Part shown: piece after piece, positions 19,346 through 28,275 of the stretch | Position numbering within the stretch: the first letter of the stretch is position 1 | Layout: the number at the start of each line of letters is the position of its first letter | DNA from: Candidatus Actinomarinales bacterium | GTDB taxonomy: Bacteria > Actinomycetota > Acidimicrobiia > Actinomarinales > Actinomarinaceae | Reading direction: 5' to 3' | Assembly: GCA_004214055.1 (NCBI GenBank) | Contig: SGYT01000001.1 | Span: 1 to 57,550 of the forward strand | DNA: 57,550 bases | The notes under the pieces: generated by a model | What the model was told of the DNA's origin: nothing | The model's database searches: none | What the model saw: the letters and a program-made list of their open reading frames with translations, nothing else | Made by a program: the position numbers and the translations under genes

Positions 19346-20647
19346 ATGAAGAATCGCAAAGCGATTGCATTATTTGCAATATTAGCGATTTTCGCAACAG
19401 CCTGTGGTGGTGGAACTACAGCAGATGAGGTGGTCGAGGAAGCTCCAGAAACAACTGAAGCTCCTGCTACAACATCAGCTCCTGCTACAACAGCTGCGCC
19501 GGTTGAAACTGCAGGTCCTCTAGTATTGGCATCTCTTATGCCTTTAACTGGAGAACTAGCATTTCTAGGCCCTGGTATTGCACTAGGTGCGACGCTTGCT
19601 ATTGAGCATGTAAATGCAGCTGGCGGTGTTAATGGGCAACCTGTTGTTTGGATAGAAGCAGATAGTGGTTGTAACGGAGAAGTAGCTCTTACTGCTCTTC
19701 AAGATGTTATTGCTCAAGGAGCGCAAGGTGTTATGGGAGCTGCATGTAGCGGTGCCTCACTTGCAATTCTTGACACGGCAATTGGAGCTGGAGTGGTTAT
19801 GGTATCCCCATCAAACACCAGTCCTCAGTTTACAAATATGGACAAAAAAGAATTATATGCAAGAACTGCCCCTTCTGACTTGTTACAAGGTCAGGTAATG
19901 GCACAGCTTTTAGCAGATGATGGAGTAAAAACAATTTCTATCATTTCTAGATCTGACTCATACGGTAGAGGTCTTGCAGAAGCAACCGCTGCAGCTTTTG
20001 AAGCTGTAGAGGGACAATCAGTAAATACGATTGTGTACCATCCTGATGGTGCAACTGAGTTCTCTGCTGAAGTAACAGCAGTTACAAAAAGAAAAGTAGA
20101 TGCTATTGTATCAATTTTATTCGTAGAATCTGGTTGTGGTGTGCTAGGAGAAGCATACGAACAAGGTAAGCTTGATATACCTTGGTATTTTACTGACGGT
20201 GTAAAGGACGGTGAACTTGATACTAACTGTGGACTTAACGGTGCCATAGAAGGAATGAAGGGAACAGCTCCTGGAGCAGCAGCTGGAGAAGCAATGACTA
20301 GATTTAGTGCAGCTTATTCAGCAGCTGATGCAGATGGTAAAGAATCATTTATCTTTGCGCCTCAAGCATATGATGCAGTAATGTTGATGGTATTATCAGC
20401 TATTGTAAATGGAGTCACAGGAACAGAAATTGGTTCTGGACTGCAAGCAGCTTCTGGTGGAGGTACGCCATGCGTAGGTGTTGACTGTATACCACTTGCT
20501 GAAGCAGGAGAAGACTTTGATTATGTTGGAGCATCTGGAGACATTATGCTCGACAAAAATGGTGACCCAACAGCTGCCACATATGACATTTGGCAATGGA
20601 CTGGAGATGAAGCTGAGAATCTAAGCACAGTAGATTTTAGACCGTAA
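19346..20647 (+). CDS. branched-chain amino acid (Leu/Ile/Val-type) ABC transporter substrate-binding lipoprotein
   Basis: A signal peptide with a lipobox-like FATAC is followed by a Thr/Ala/Pro/Glu linker and a type-I periplasmic binding fold (LivK family). It sits next to livHMGF. Confidence 0.88.
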   Translation: MKNRKAIALFAILAIFATACGGGTTADEVVEEAPETTEAPATTSAPATTAAPVETAGPLVLASLMPLTGELAFLGPGIALGATLAIEHVNAAGGVNGQPVVWIEADSGCNGEVALTALQDVIAQGAQGVMGAACSGASLAILDTAIGAGVVMVSPSNTSPQFTNMDKKELYARTAPSDLLQGQVMAQLLADDGVKTISIISRSDSYGRGLAEATAAAFEAVEGQSVNTIVYHPDGATEFSAEVTAVTKRKVDAIVSILFVESGCGVLGEAYEQGKLDIPWYFTDGVKDGELDTNCGLNGAIEGMKGTAPGAAAGEAMTRFSAAYSAADADGKESFIFAPQAYDAVMLMVLSAIVNGVTGTEIGSGLQAASGGGTPCVGVDCIPLAEAGEDFDYVGASGDIMLDKNGDPTAATYDIWQWTGDEAENLSTVDFRP

Positions 20648-20663
20648 TAATCTCTAAATGATT

Positions 20664-20696
20664 AAAAAAGGCCTGTGAAAACAGGCCTTTTTTTTT
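20664..20696. terminator. bidirectional intrinsic terminator
   Basis: AAAAAA-GGCCTGT-GAAA-ACAGGCC-TTTTTTTTT. It is the only GC-rich hairpin in the neighbourhood and sits between the convergent binding-protein gene and livF. Confidence 0.8.
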
Positions 20697-21411
20697 ATAG
20701 TTTACCTAAATATAAATCTACTACTCTAGGGTCGTTTAATAGCTCAGAGCCTTCACCCTGATAAGCGTTTCTACCTTGATCTAAAACGTATCCTCTATTA
20801 CTAAAACTTAAAGCTCTTTTTGCATTTTGCTCTACTAATAATATAGAAACTCCTTTATCATTTATTTCTTTTATTGCTGCAAATACTTCCTTTATTGCAA
20901 CAGGTGATAGACCTGCGGATGGTTCATCTAGTAAAAGTATGTTAGGAGAAGTAACTAAAGATCTTGCTAATGCAAGTATCTGTCTTTGTCCTCCTGATAA
21001 GTTCCCTGCTTTATCTTTTTTTCTTTCATTAAGCATAGGAAAATCTTCTAATATCTTATTTACGCTACTTTTTCTATTTTTATTTAATGACCAGGCTCCA
21101 ATTTCTATATTTTCTTCAATAGATAATGAGGGGAAAACATTTTCAACCTGTGGAACATACCCAACCCCTTGATTAACAATTTTATGAGTAGGTAAATTGG
21201 TCTTATCACTGCCATTAATATAAAACCTTCCAGCAGATACATTTATTAACCCCATTATTGCTTTTAATAATGTTGACTTACCTGCTCCATTAGGACCAAT
21301 GATTGAAACAATCTCACCTTCTGAGACAACCAAATCAACGCCTTGTAAGATGTTTAGTCCCTTTACATATCCTGCAGCTATACCATTGCATTCCAATATT
21401 GCTTTAGTCAT
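20695..21411 (-). CDS. livF: branched-chain amino acid ABC transporter ATP-binding protein LivF
   Basis: Walker A GPNGAGKST, signature LSGGQRQ and Walker B LLLDEP. I chose the ATG at 21411 because it is preceded by GGGAGGT; the track start at 21435 is less likely. Confidence 0.9.
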   Translation of the reverse strand: MTKAILECNGIAAGYVKGLNILQGVDLVVSEGEIVSIIGPNGAGKSTLLKAIMGLINVSAGRFYINGSDKTNLPTHKIVNQGVGYVPQVENVFPSLSIEENIEIGAWSLNKNRKSSVNKILEDFPMLNERKKDKAGNLSGGQRQILALARSLVTSPNILLLDEPSAGLSPVAIKEVFAAIKEINDKGVSILLVEQNAKRALSFSNRGYVLDQGRNAYQGEGSELLNDPRVVDLYLGKL

Positions 21412-22174
21412 CACTACCTCCCAAATAAGCTTCAATTACTTTCTCGTTTTCTCTCACTTCTTGAGGGAGTCCATCAGCTATTACTGATCCTTCGGCTAAA
21501 ACTATAACTCTTTCAGAAATTTTCATTACTGCATCAATATTATGCTCAACCATCAAAATTGTTATCCCATCATTTGAAAGTTTTTCTATTATTTCAAGTA
21601 ATTCTTCACTAAGTTTTGGGTTTACACCAGCTAATGGCTCATCTAATAAAAGAACATCTGGCTTTCTAATTATTGAACGCCCCAGCTCTAATAATTTTTT
21701 TTGTCCCCCTGAGAGTTCTCTTGCGTAAGAATTTGACATTTGTTCAATATTAAGATCTCTCATAACTCTTAACGCCTCTTCTTCAAGTGAGTTTTCATAA
21801 TTTTTTTGTTTTGAAAATTGCAAAAGTGAGTGAAATAAAGAATCATTTGAGATGTCAGAGCCTGCAAACATTAAATTTTCTAAAACAGTCATTCTGTCAA
21901 AGACTTTTGTTAGCTGGAATGTCCTTACCATTCCTAATCTTGCAATTTTATATGGTTGGCTTTTAGTTATATTTTTATCTTTATAGAATATTTCTCCGCT
22001 ATCTTCTTCTTGAAAGCCAGAAATTAAATCAAAAAGAGTAGTTTTTCCGGCACCATTAGGCCCTATTATGGAAGTAAGTTCATTTTTATTAAATACAAGA
22101 TTATCAATATCTACTGCTTTAACGCCACCAAAACTTTTCTTAAGATTATCGACTCTCATTAAACTATTTGACAT
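21404..22174 (-). CDS. livG: branched-chain amino acid ABC transporter ATP-binding protein LivG
   Basis: GPNGAGKTT, LSGGQKK and LLLDEPLAGV motifs, plus the LivG-type C-terminus (VIEAYLG). Confidence 0.9.
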   Translation of the reverse strand: MSNSLMRVDNLKKSFGGVKAVDIDNLVFNKNELTSIIGPNGAGKTTLFDLISGFQEEDSGEIFYKDKNITKSQPYKIARLGMVRTFQLTKVFDRMTVLENLMFAGSDISNDSLFHSLLQFSKQKNYENSLEEEALRVMRDLNIEQMSNSYARELSGGQKKLLELGRSIIRKPDVLLLDEPLAGVNPKLSEELLEIIEKLSNDGITILMVEHNIDAVMKISERVIVLAEGSVIADGLPQEVRENEKVIEAYLGGSDD

Positions 22175-23219
22175 TTAACAACAGCTCCTCTTTCTTACCT
22201 AGTAAACCACTTGGTCTAAAAATCATTAGAATCATTATTAATAAACCAACTAAAAGAAACCTTACTCCTGCTAATTGTTGTCCATTTGCATTTTCAAATA
22301 TTAAAGAAGCTAGCCTGTCTGTTTCAGAGATTATTACCCAAAAAATAACAGATCCAAATATTGGGCCACTCAAACTCCCTACGCCTCCAAGAATCATTAT
22401 TGCCCATATATAAAAAGTTAGTAGCGGTACAAAAAGTGTTACTTGAAGTGAGCCATAATTGAATGCTAATAAGACGCCTGATAATCCTGCAATTCCAGCA
22501 CCTAACATAAAACTTTGTAATTTAAGCCAAACAGCATTTTTGCCTAAAGCCCTGACAGCATCTTCATCTTCTCTAACTGCTCTTAATGCTCGCCCCCAAG
22601 GAGAGCTATTAAGTCTTTTTAATAATAGTAAAACAAAAAATATTGAAATCCATGAGAGAAAACCAATCCAAATCTGTCCTGCATTTAAATTATACTTGGA
22701 TACAAAGATCTCAATAAAATTAGGTCTGTATTGTTGAAGAGAGTCTGAATAATTTATTATACCGTAGACACCTCCAGTAATTGACTCTAGATCTATGACT
22801 AGAATTCTAAATATTTCAGCTGCAGCAATTGTTACTATAGCTAAATAATCACCCCTTAATCTTATTGCTGGCAGTCCAAGCAATAAGCCAAAGAGTGAAG
22901 CTGACACAACGCCAATAACCAAAGCTAACAAAAAAGGTAACCCCGTTTCATTTATTTGACCTTCCCTCCCAACAGCATGAGGTATAAGGAGTAATGTAAC
23001 GTAGGCACCAACACCCATAAATGAGGCGTGTCCAAAATTTAATAGTCCTGTTAAGCCAAAATGAACATTTAAGCCAATTGCAGCAAGTCCATAAATTCCA
23101 GCAAAAGTTAAAACATTGAAAAGTATTCTTAACTGCCCCACAGGATTTAATGCAAAAATCATATAAATTGAAAAGGCAGTTAATAATAATGTAACTATCC
23201 ATTTGATTGAAAATTTCAT
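22164..23219 (-). CDS. livM: branched-chain amino acid ABC transporter permease LivM
   Basis: 351-aa polytopic permease in the canonical H-M-G-F order. Confidence 0.88.
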   Translation of the reverse strand: MKFSIKWIVTLLLTAFSIYMIFALNPVGQLRILFNVLTFAGIYGLAAIGLNVHFGLTGLLNFGHASFMGVGAYVTLLLIPHAVGREGQINETGLPFLLALVIGVVSASLFGLLLGLPAIRLRGDYLAIVTIAAAEIFRILVIDLESITGGVYGIINYSDSLQQYRPNFIEIFVSKYNLNAGQIWIGFLSWISIFFVLLLLKRLNSSPWGRALRAVREDEDAVRALGKNAVWLKLQSFMLGAGIAGLSGVLLAFNYGSLQVTLFVPLLTFYIWAIMILGGVGSLSGPIFGSVIFWVIISETDRLASLIFENANGQQLAGVRFLLVGLLIMILMIFRPSGLLGKKEELLLNVK

Positions 23220-24133
23220 GAAATTCTCTCTTTTGTTCCAAATATTCCTTGAGGTCTAAATAGTAAAATTAAAATCATAATGGCAAGTGCGACTGCATTT
23301 TTTGCTTCGGTGTGTCCTTCCATGAATGGTAAAGCAACGGAAACTTGAACAAAAATTCCTATTAGTAATCCTCCTACCATAGCGCCAAAAGATGTCCCTA
23401 TTCCTCCAAGAACAGTTCCAGCAAAGATAAGTAGTAAAATTAGAAAACCCATATTGTATCTAACATCATTAATAATCGCTTGGAAAATTCCTGCCAAACC
23501 TGCAAGCATGCTGGATGATATCCAGGTAAATAAAATTATATTATCTGAATTAATTCCAGAAACACTTGCTAATTCGCTTGAATCCCTTACAGCTCTCAAA
23601 GCTTTACCCATACGAGTAAAAGTTAGAAATAAACCAATTATGATCATTACTGCTAATCCAGCAATCAATACTTTGAAGTTTCTTGGAGTCATATCAAAAA
23701 ATAGATAAGTTTGCCTTCTTTCTAGTCCAAGTGGTAGATTTTGAACTCTGCCAGTTGCAAATAAAAGATACAGATGACGAAGAAATATTGATAGCCCAAT
23801 TGTCACAACTAAAACTGCTATATTTCCAACCTCTGCTTTCCTTAAAGGTCTAAAAAGCAATAGTTCTAGTAAAGCACCAAACACACCACAAAATAAAATT
23901 GCAACTATGACAGAAGTGCTAAAGCTCATACCTAAAGGAGAAAACCTTCCAAGAAAAAGAGCTCTAGAATCTACAGGTGCCGAGAAAAATAAAGTAACTA
24001 TCGCACCTAAGGCAATGACTTCACCATGAGCAAAATTTACTATCCTTGTTACCCCATACAACAAAGATAAGGCAACAGAAGCAACTGAAATTATTATTCC
24101 TAAAAGTAACCCATTACCTAGCTGATCAATCAT
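23216..24133 (-). CDS. livH: branched-chain amino acid ABC transporter permease LivH
   Basis: 305-aa polytopic permease with a LivH-like N-terminus (NGLLLGIIISVASVALSLLYG ... NFAHGE). Confidence 0.88.
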   Translation of the reverse strand: MIDQLGNGLLLGIIISVASVALSLLYGVTRIVNFAHGEVIALGAIVTLFFSAPVDSRALFLGRFSPLGMSFSTSVIVAILFCGVFGALLELLLFRPLRKAEVGNIAVLVVTIGLSIFLRHLYLLFATGRVQNLPLGLERRQTYLFFDMTPRNFKVLIAGLAVMIIIGLFLTFTRMGKALRAVRDSSELASVSGINSDNIILFTWISSSMLAGLAGIFQAIINDVRYNMGFLILLLIFAGTVLGGIGTSFGAMVGGLLIGIFVQVSVALPFMEGHTEAKNAVALAIMILILLFRPQGIFGTKERIS

Positions 24134-24142
24134 AATCTAATT

Positions 24143-24988
24143 TCATCCATCTTTAAATATTACTTCGGAACCCTCAATTATTTCAATCTCTAATTTATAT
24201 GTTTCATCAAATTGGTTGAGATAACCTACAGTTGCATTAAGCCAAGAATCTGGCACTTGAGCATTGCCTTTAACTACTATAGGCAAATCTTTAGATACTG
24301 TAACTTCATATTCTCCATTGAGAACAAGGAGGCTTAAGTCAAGATTAGCTCCTAAATATATCTGACCAGTGCCTGATAAAGAAGAAGGATTTAAAGTCAA
24401 ATTATCTAAATAAAAATTTGAATCTACCGAAAAAATATTTAACTTCCATATACTCTCTGAACCTAATTCAACCTTCCAGCCTTTAACTTTTAATAAGTAA
24501 CTAGTGTCAATTTCTCTAAATATAATTGCTCTTGGCTCTCCAACAAGTGTCTCAATAGTTTCCGGATATCCAGAATTTCCTGGCTTGTTTAAAATATCAA
24601 CCTTATATCCATTTCCTAAAAAATAATTTAATTCAATAGAATTATTTCCATCAATAAGTAATTGGTGCTCTATTCTTGAATCTAAATTTAAGTTTTCAAA
24701 ACTTGAATCATATCCATATGTAGTCAAAAAATCTGCCTTTATATAGTGACCTACTTGAAAAAAAATAAAAACTATTATTAATAAAATGTAGGAGTAAAAA
24801 GATACTTGTTCTCTAATATTTGTTTTTCTAAATAAAAATAAAAGTATTAATGGAAGTATTGTTAATAGCCAATAATCTAAATAATCATAAATTATTGAAG
24901 GCCTTAAGAAGCCAAAAAATATTGAAGAAATTTGGAAAATAACTACTAAACCGAATATGAATTTTACTGTATTATGATAATTTTTCAC
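24143..24988 (-). CDS. hypothetical membrane protein (N-terminal TM bundle, beta-rich C-terminal domain)
   Basis: An uninterrupted 281-codon ORF is unlikely by chance in AT-rich DNA. It starts 5 nt after the tRNA-Thr 3' end and stops 9 nt before livH. I recognise no family for it. Confidence 0.55.
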   Translation of the reverse strand: MKNYHNTVKFIFGLVVIFQISSIFFGFLRPSIIYDYLDYWLLTILPLILLFLFRKTNIREQVSFYSYILLIIVFIFFQVGHYIKADFLTTYGYDSSFENLNLDSRIEHQLLIDGNNSIELNYFLGNGYKVDILNKPGNSGYPETIETLVGEPRAIIFREIDTSYLLKVKGWKVELGSESIWKLNIFSVDSNFYLDNLTLNPSSLSGTGQIYLGANLDLSLLVLNGEYEVTVSKDLPIVVKGNAQVPDSWLNATVGYLNQFDETYKLEIEIIEGSEVIFKDG

Positions 24989-24992
24989 TTAG

Positions 24993-25065
24993 AGCCGGAG
25001 AGGGGAGTCGAACCCCTGACCTGCCGATTACAAGTCGGCTGCTCTGGCCACTGAGCTACTCCGGC
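24993..25065 (-). tRNA. tRNA-Thr (anticodon UGU)
   Basis: The reverse strand folds as a full cloverleaf: GCCGGAG TA GCTC AGTGGCCA GAGC A GCCGA CTTGTAA TCGGC AGGTC AGGGG TTCGACT CCCCT CTCCGGC T. All four stems are perfect and the T-loop is TTCGA. CCA is not encoded. Confidence 0.92.
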
Positions 25066-25104
25066 GAATATTAAAATAATAGCAAACAATAAATTTCAGT
25101 TAAT

Positions 25105-25833
25105 TTATTTTTTAATAAATATTTCATGCATTGCTATAGCTGCAGCAACGGATACATTTAATGACTCAGTATTATCTAACATTTCTATATTTGAAATTAC
25201 ATCTAATTTATTTTTGACTTCTTGACTTATACCTTTTTCTTCAGAACCTAAAAATAGTGCAAGGTTTTGTTCATTAAAGTTAATATCACTAATTCTTGTA
25301 TTTCCCGTCATATCTAGACCGATAGTCCATATATCTAGAGAGTTTAACTTCTTTATAAGAGAAAAAATCGAGTTATACATTAAGATATTTACCTTCTCTA
25401 GTCCTCCAGATGAAATTGAAAATACTTTCTCTGATAACTTAACCGATCTTTTCGATGGTATTGCTAAAATATCAAAACCAAATGCCGCAGCACTTCTTAT
25501 AATAGCTCCTAAATTATTTGTATCTTGAATGTGATCACAAATAATAAAATTTGAGTCTTTAAATTGAAGCATCTCTGATTCTTTATAAATTTTTAAAGGC
25601 TTACAAAGAGCTACTATTGAATGTCTATCATTATATTTCCATTCCTTTTTATTCTTTACTTCTCTTATATTAAGTTTTTTCCTTTGGGCTAATTCAATTA
25701 AAGCGTTGAGTCTTTGTGATTTATTTTTTCTATTTAAAAAAATTATTTCATTTGCTCTATTTGAGAGTAAGGCAGCCTCTACTGAGTTAATACCCTCAAC
25801 TAGTTTTCCAAGACCATCCACTATCTGTTCCAT
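25105..25833 (-). CDS. rlmB: TrmH/SpoU-family RNA 2'-O-methyltransferase (RlmB-like)
   Basis: SpoU methylase motifs (NLGAIIRSAAAFG, LGSEEKGIS, LNVSVAAAI). It follows cysS as in other Actinobacteria. The start is uncertain because of a 38-nt overlap with cysS. Confidence 0.85.
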   Translation of the reverse strand: MEQIVDGLGKLVEGINSVEAALLSNRANEIIFLNRKNKSQRLNALIELAQRKKLNIREVKNKKEWKYNDRHSIVALCKPLKIYKESEMLQFKDSNFIICDHIQDTNNLGAIIRSAAAFGFDILAIPSKRSVKLSEKVFSISSGGLEKVNILMYNSIFSLIKKLNSLDIWTIGLDMTGNTRISDINFNEQNLALFLGSEEKGISQEVKNKLDVISNIEMLDNTESLNVSVAAAIAMHEIFIKK

Positions 25834-27193
25834 CTTCTAAGCTTATTCCAACATGTAAAATACTATCTCTCATCTTATCCGCAGAATCGAAATCTTTTAT
25901 TTTTCTAAAACCTTCTCTTTTGGTTATAAATTCTTTTACTGCTTGATTGATATTTTCAAATTTAATATCATATTTTTTAAAAAATTCTATAAGCTCTTCA
26001 TCTGCTGTTTTATTTATATCTTTTTTTGTTAATTCAAAACCAAGTACATTAAATACAAATTTAATACTTGATTTCAAATCCTCTAACTTTTCTTGCTCTA
26101 AACTCCCTGAGTCGTTTATTAATTTAAATAAATCTCCAAGCATTTTTGCTGTATTTAAATCTTCATTCATAGATTCTTTAAAAATGCTTAAGACATTTTT
26201 GTCCTTTGGTTTAGGATTCACATCTTTTGTAAATTCAATTAAATTGTTAAGTGTTGATTCTGATTCTTTTAGGAGCTCAATGCTAAATTCTTGAGGACTT
26301 CTATATTGAGATCTTAAAAAGAAAAATCTTAAAACTTGACCATTAAATTCATTTAAGTAATCATTTAATAGCTTAATATTTCCTTCAGACTTTGACATTT
26401 TCTTACCCGATAGATTTAACATTCCATTATGTAGCCAGTATTTTACAAATACTTCATTAGGGTAAGCTCCTTTTGATTGTGCGATTTCATTTTCGTGATG
26501 TGGAAAAATTAAGTCATTCCCACCACAGTGAATATCTATTGTTTTACCAAGAATCGATTCAATCATTGAAGAACATTCAATATGCCAACCTGGTCTTCCA
26601 CTCCCCCATGGTGAATCCCAATATGGCTCATTTTCTTTTGAAAACTTCCATAAAGCAAAGTCTTCTGGTGAGTTTTTATCCTCTTCTATTTCAACTCTTG
26701 TTCCTGATAAAACATCTTCTTTTTTTCTTCCTGATAGCAATAAGTAGTCATCAAATTTTGATATATCATAATAAACCCCAGATTTAGATATGTATGCAAA
26801 TTTATTTTCTACTAATATTTCAATATATTTTATAATCTCATCTATAAATTCAGTTGCTTTAGGTTCACTATCAGGTTTAATACAATTAAGCTTTTCATAA
26901 GCATTTTGAAATTCTACAGAGACTCGTGTACCAAGTTCCGAGTAAGATATATTCTCCTCTAAAGATTTTTCGATTATCTTATCATCTATATCAGTAATGT
27001 TTCTAACAAATGTAACTTTATATTCTAAATAATTTAGATACCTTACAAGAAAATCAAAAACAACAGCTGACCTGCCATGACCTAAATGCGGTGAGGACTG
27101 CACAGTTGGTCCGCATAAATAAACTTTTACTTCTTTTTTGTTTAATTCAACTTCTTCTAATAAATTGCTGAATGAATTATATAATTTAAGCAT
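25796..27193 (-). CDS. cysS: cysteine--tRNA ligase
   Basis: HLGH (HIGH-type) and KMSKS motifs, the CGPTVQ N-terminus and the WHIECS zinc site. Confidence 0.95.
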   Translation of the reverse strand: MLKLYNSFSNLLEEVELNKKEVKVYLCGPTVQSSPHLGHGRSAVVFDFLVRYLNYLEYKVTFVRNITDIDDKIIEKSLEENISYSELGTRVSVEFQNAYEKLNCIKPDSEPKATEFIDEIIKYIEILVENKFAYISKSGVYYDISKFDDYLLLSGRKKEDVLSGTRVEIEEDKNSPEDFALWKFSKENEPYWDSPWGSGRPGWHIECSSMIESILGKTIDIHCGGNDLIFPHHENEIAQSKGAYPNEVFVKYWLHNGMLNLSGKKMSKSEGNIKLLNDYLNEFNGQVLRFFFLRSQYRSPQEFSIELLKESESTLNNLIEFTKDVNPKPKDKNVLSIFKESMNEDLNTAKMLGDLFKLINDSGSLEQEKLEDLKSSIKFVFNVLGFELTKKDINKTADEELIEFFKKYDIKFENINQAVKEFITKREGFRKIKDFDSADKMRDSILHVGISLEDGTDSGWSWKTS

Positions 27194-27656
27194 TTTCTAT
27201 AAGTAGTGTAACAAGACATGCTGATGCTTTCTTGTCTCCAATAAGGCCTATATTGTCAGTTGTTTTTCCTTTTACATTTATTTTTCCAACATCAATATTT
27301 AATAGTTTTGAAATACTTTCCTCCAACAATTCTCTTTTTTCATCTACAAAAATAACTTGTGAAATAATTGTTATATCAATATTGCTAACTCTTAATTTAT
27401 TATATTCAATTATTTTTAAAACTTTTTCTAACATTTCTGTACTTCTTATATCTTTTTTCGTAGGTTGCTTAGATGGGAAATAATGCCCCAGGTCTTTTTT
27501 CCCCACTGAACCTAATAGAGCATCGCATAATGCATGTAAAATGATGTCTCCATCTGAGTAAGCTTCAAATCCGGATTCTTCAAACTTTAATCCGGCAAGA
27601 TACAGTATTTCTGAAGATGAGTGTTTGTGTAAGTCCCACCCATTACCAATTAACAT
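27186..27656 (-). CDS. ispF: 2-C-methyl-D-erythritol 2,4-cyclodiphosphate synthase
   Basis: IGNGWDLHKH and SDGDIILHALCDALLG motifs (the metal-binding Asp and His residues), 156 aa. Confidence 0.9.
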   Translation of the reverse strand: MLIGNGWDLHKHSSSEILYLAGLKFEESGFEAYSDGDIILHALCDALLGSVGKKDLGHYFPSKQPTKKDIRSTEMLEKVLKIIEYNKLRVSNIDITIISQVIFVDEKRELLEESISKLLNIDVGKINVKGKTTDNIGLIGDKKASACLVTLLIENA

Positions 27657-27688
27657 AATAACCTTTTTTAGTGAAGTTGTTTAATAAA

Positions 27689-28243
27689 TTATAAACCGTC
27701 GTCAGGATCTTCTTCGGGTAGATGTTGAGATATTTTCTCTATGGCTGTTTCTTCATCAACCTCTAACGCGCAAGCTATTTCACTAGCTAATGTCATCTTT
27801 GCCTTTGCAAGCATTCTTTTCAAAGCTGGTGAAATACCTTTATTAATTTGTGCATGTGTCAAATCTCTAACAACCTCTGCAACTTGTATTATGTCTCCCG
27901 ATGTCATCTTTTCAGTTAAAACTTTATACCATCTACTCCAATTTGTCCCTGCTTCTTCTGGTTTTTCTTTAAATATTGGAAACACTTTTCGAGAAACTGC
28001 ATTCTTTGAAATTACAGGTCTTATAACTTCATCAACATTTTCAACTGGAACGCTCACTACCAAACTATCAAGTAATACCTCTATTTCATAATATTGAATT
28101 CTTTTAGACTTTGGTTCACCTTCAATAAGAATTTCGACATTCTTATTTACCTTTCTAAGTATTTTTGCAGCACCATGATGTGGGTGAACTACAAATTGAT
28201 TTGTTTTATATTTATCTTGTGTTTTTTTTGTTTTTGTTGCCAT
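27689..28243 (-). CDS. carD: CarD family transcriptional regulator
   Basis: The VVHPHHGAAKI RNAP-interaction domain signature plus a helical C-terminal domain. I prefer the ATG at 28243 over the upstream TTG at 28255. A Lys/Thr-rich N-terminal tail is present. Confidence 0.88.
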   Translation of the reverse strand: MATKTKKTQDKYKTNQFVVHPHHGAAKILRKVNKNVEILIEGEPKSKRIQYYEIEVLLDSLVVSVPVENVDEVIRPVISKNAVSRKVFPIFKEKPEEAGTNWSRWYKVLTEKMTSGDIIQVAEVVRDLTHAQINKGISPALKRMLAKAKMTLASEIACALEVDEETAIEKISQHLPEEDPDDGL

Positions 28244-28275
28244 AAGTGTCAACAATACTATAACTAAAAATCTAT

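Noticed and set aside
19891-20247. 118-aa antisense ORF inside the binding-protein gene (also 20396..20596 and 19704..19898)
   Set aside because: These ORFs are a by-product of the locally higher GC content, which depletes stop codons in all frames. They have no SD and no motifs.
22948-23241. 97-aa minus-strand ORF overlapping the livM/livH junction in another frame
   Set aside because: It is Cys/Trp/Phe-rich nonsense-like sequence lying fully within two well-supported permease genes.
24143-25104. tRNA-Thr as a possible genomic-island integration site
   Set aside because: There is no integrase or recombinase and no repeat of the tRNA 3' half nearby. The flanking genes (rlmB, liv operon) are core functions with background composition.
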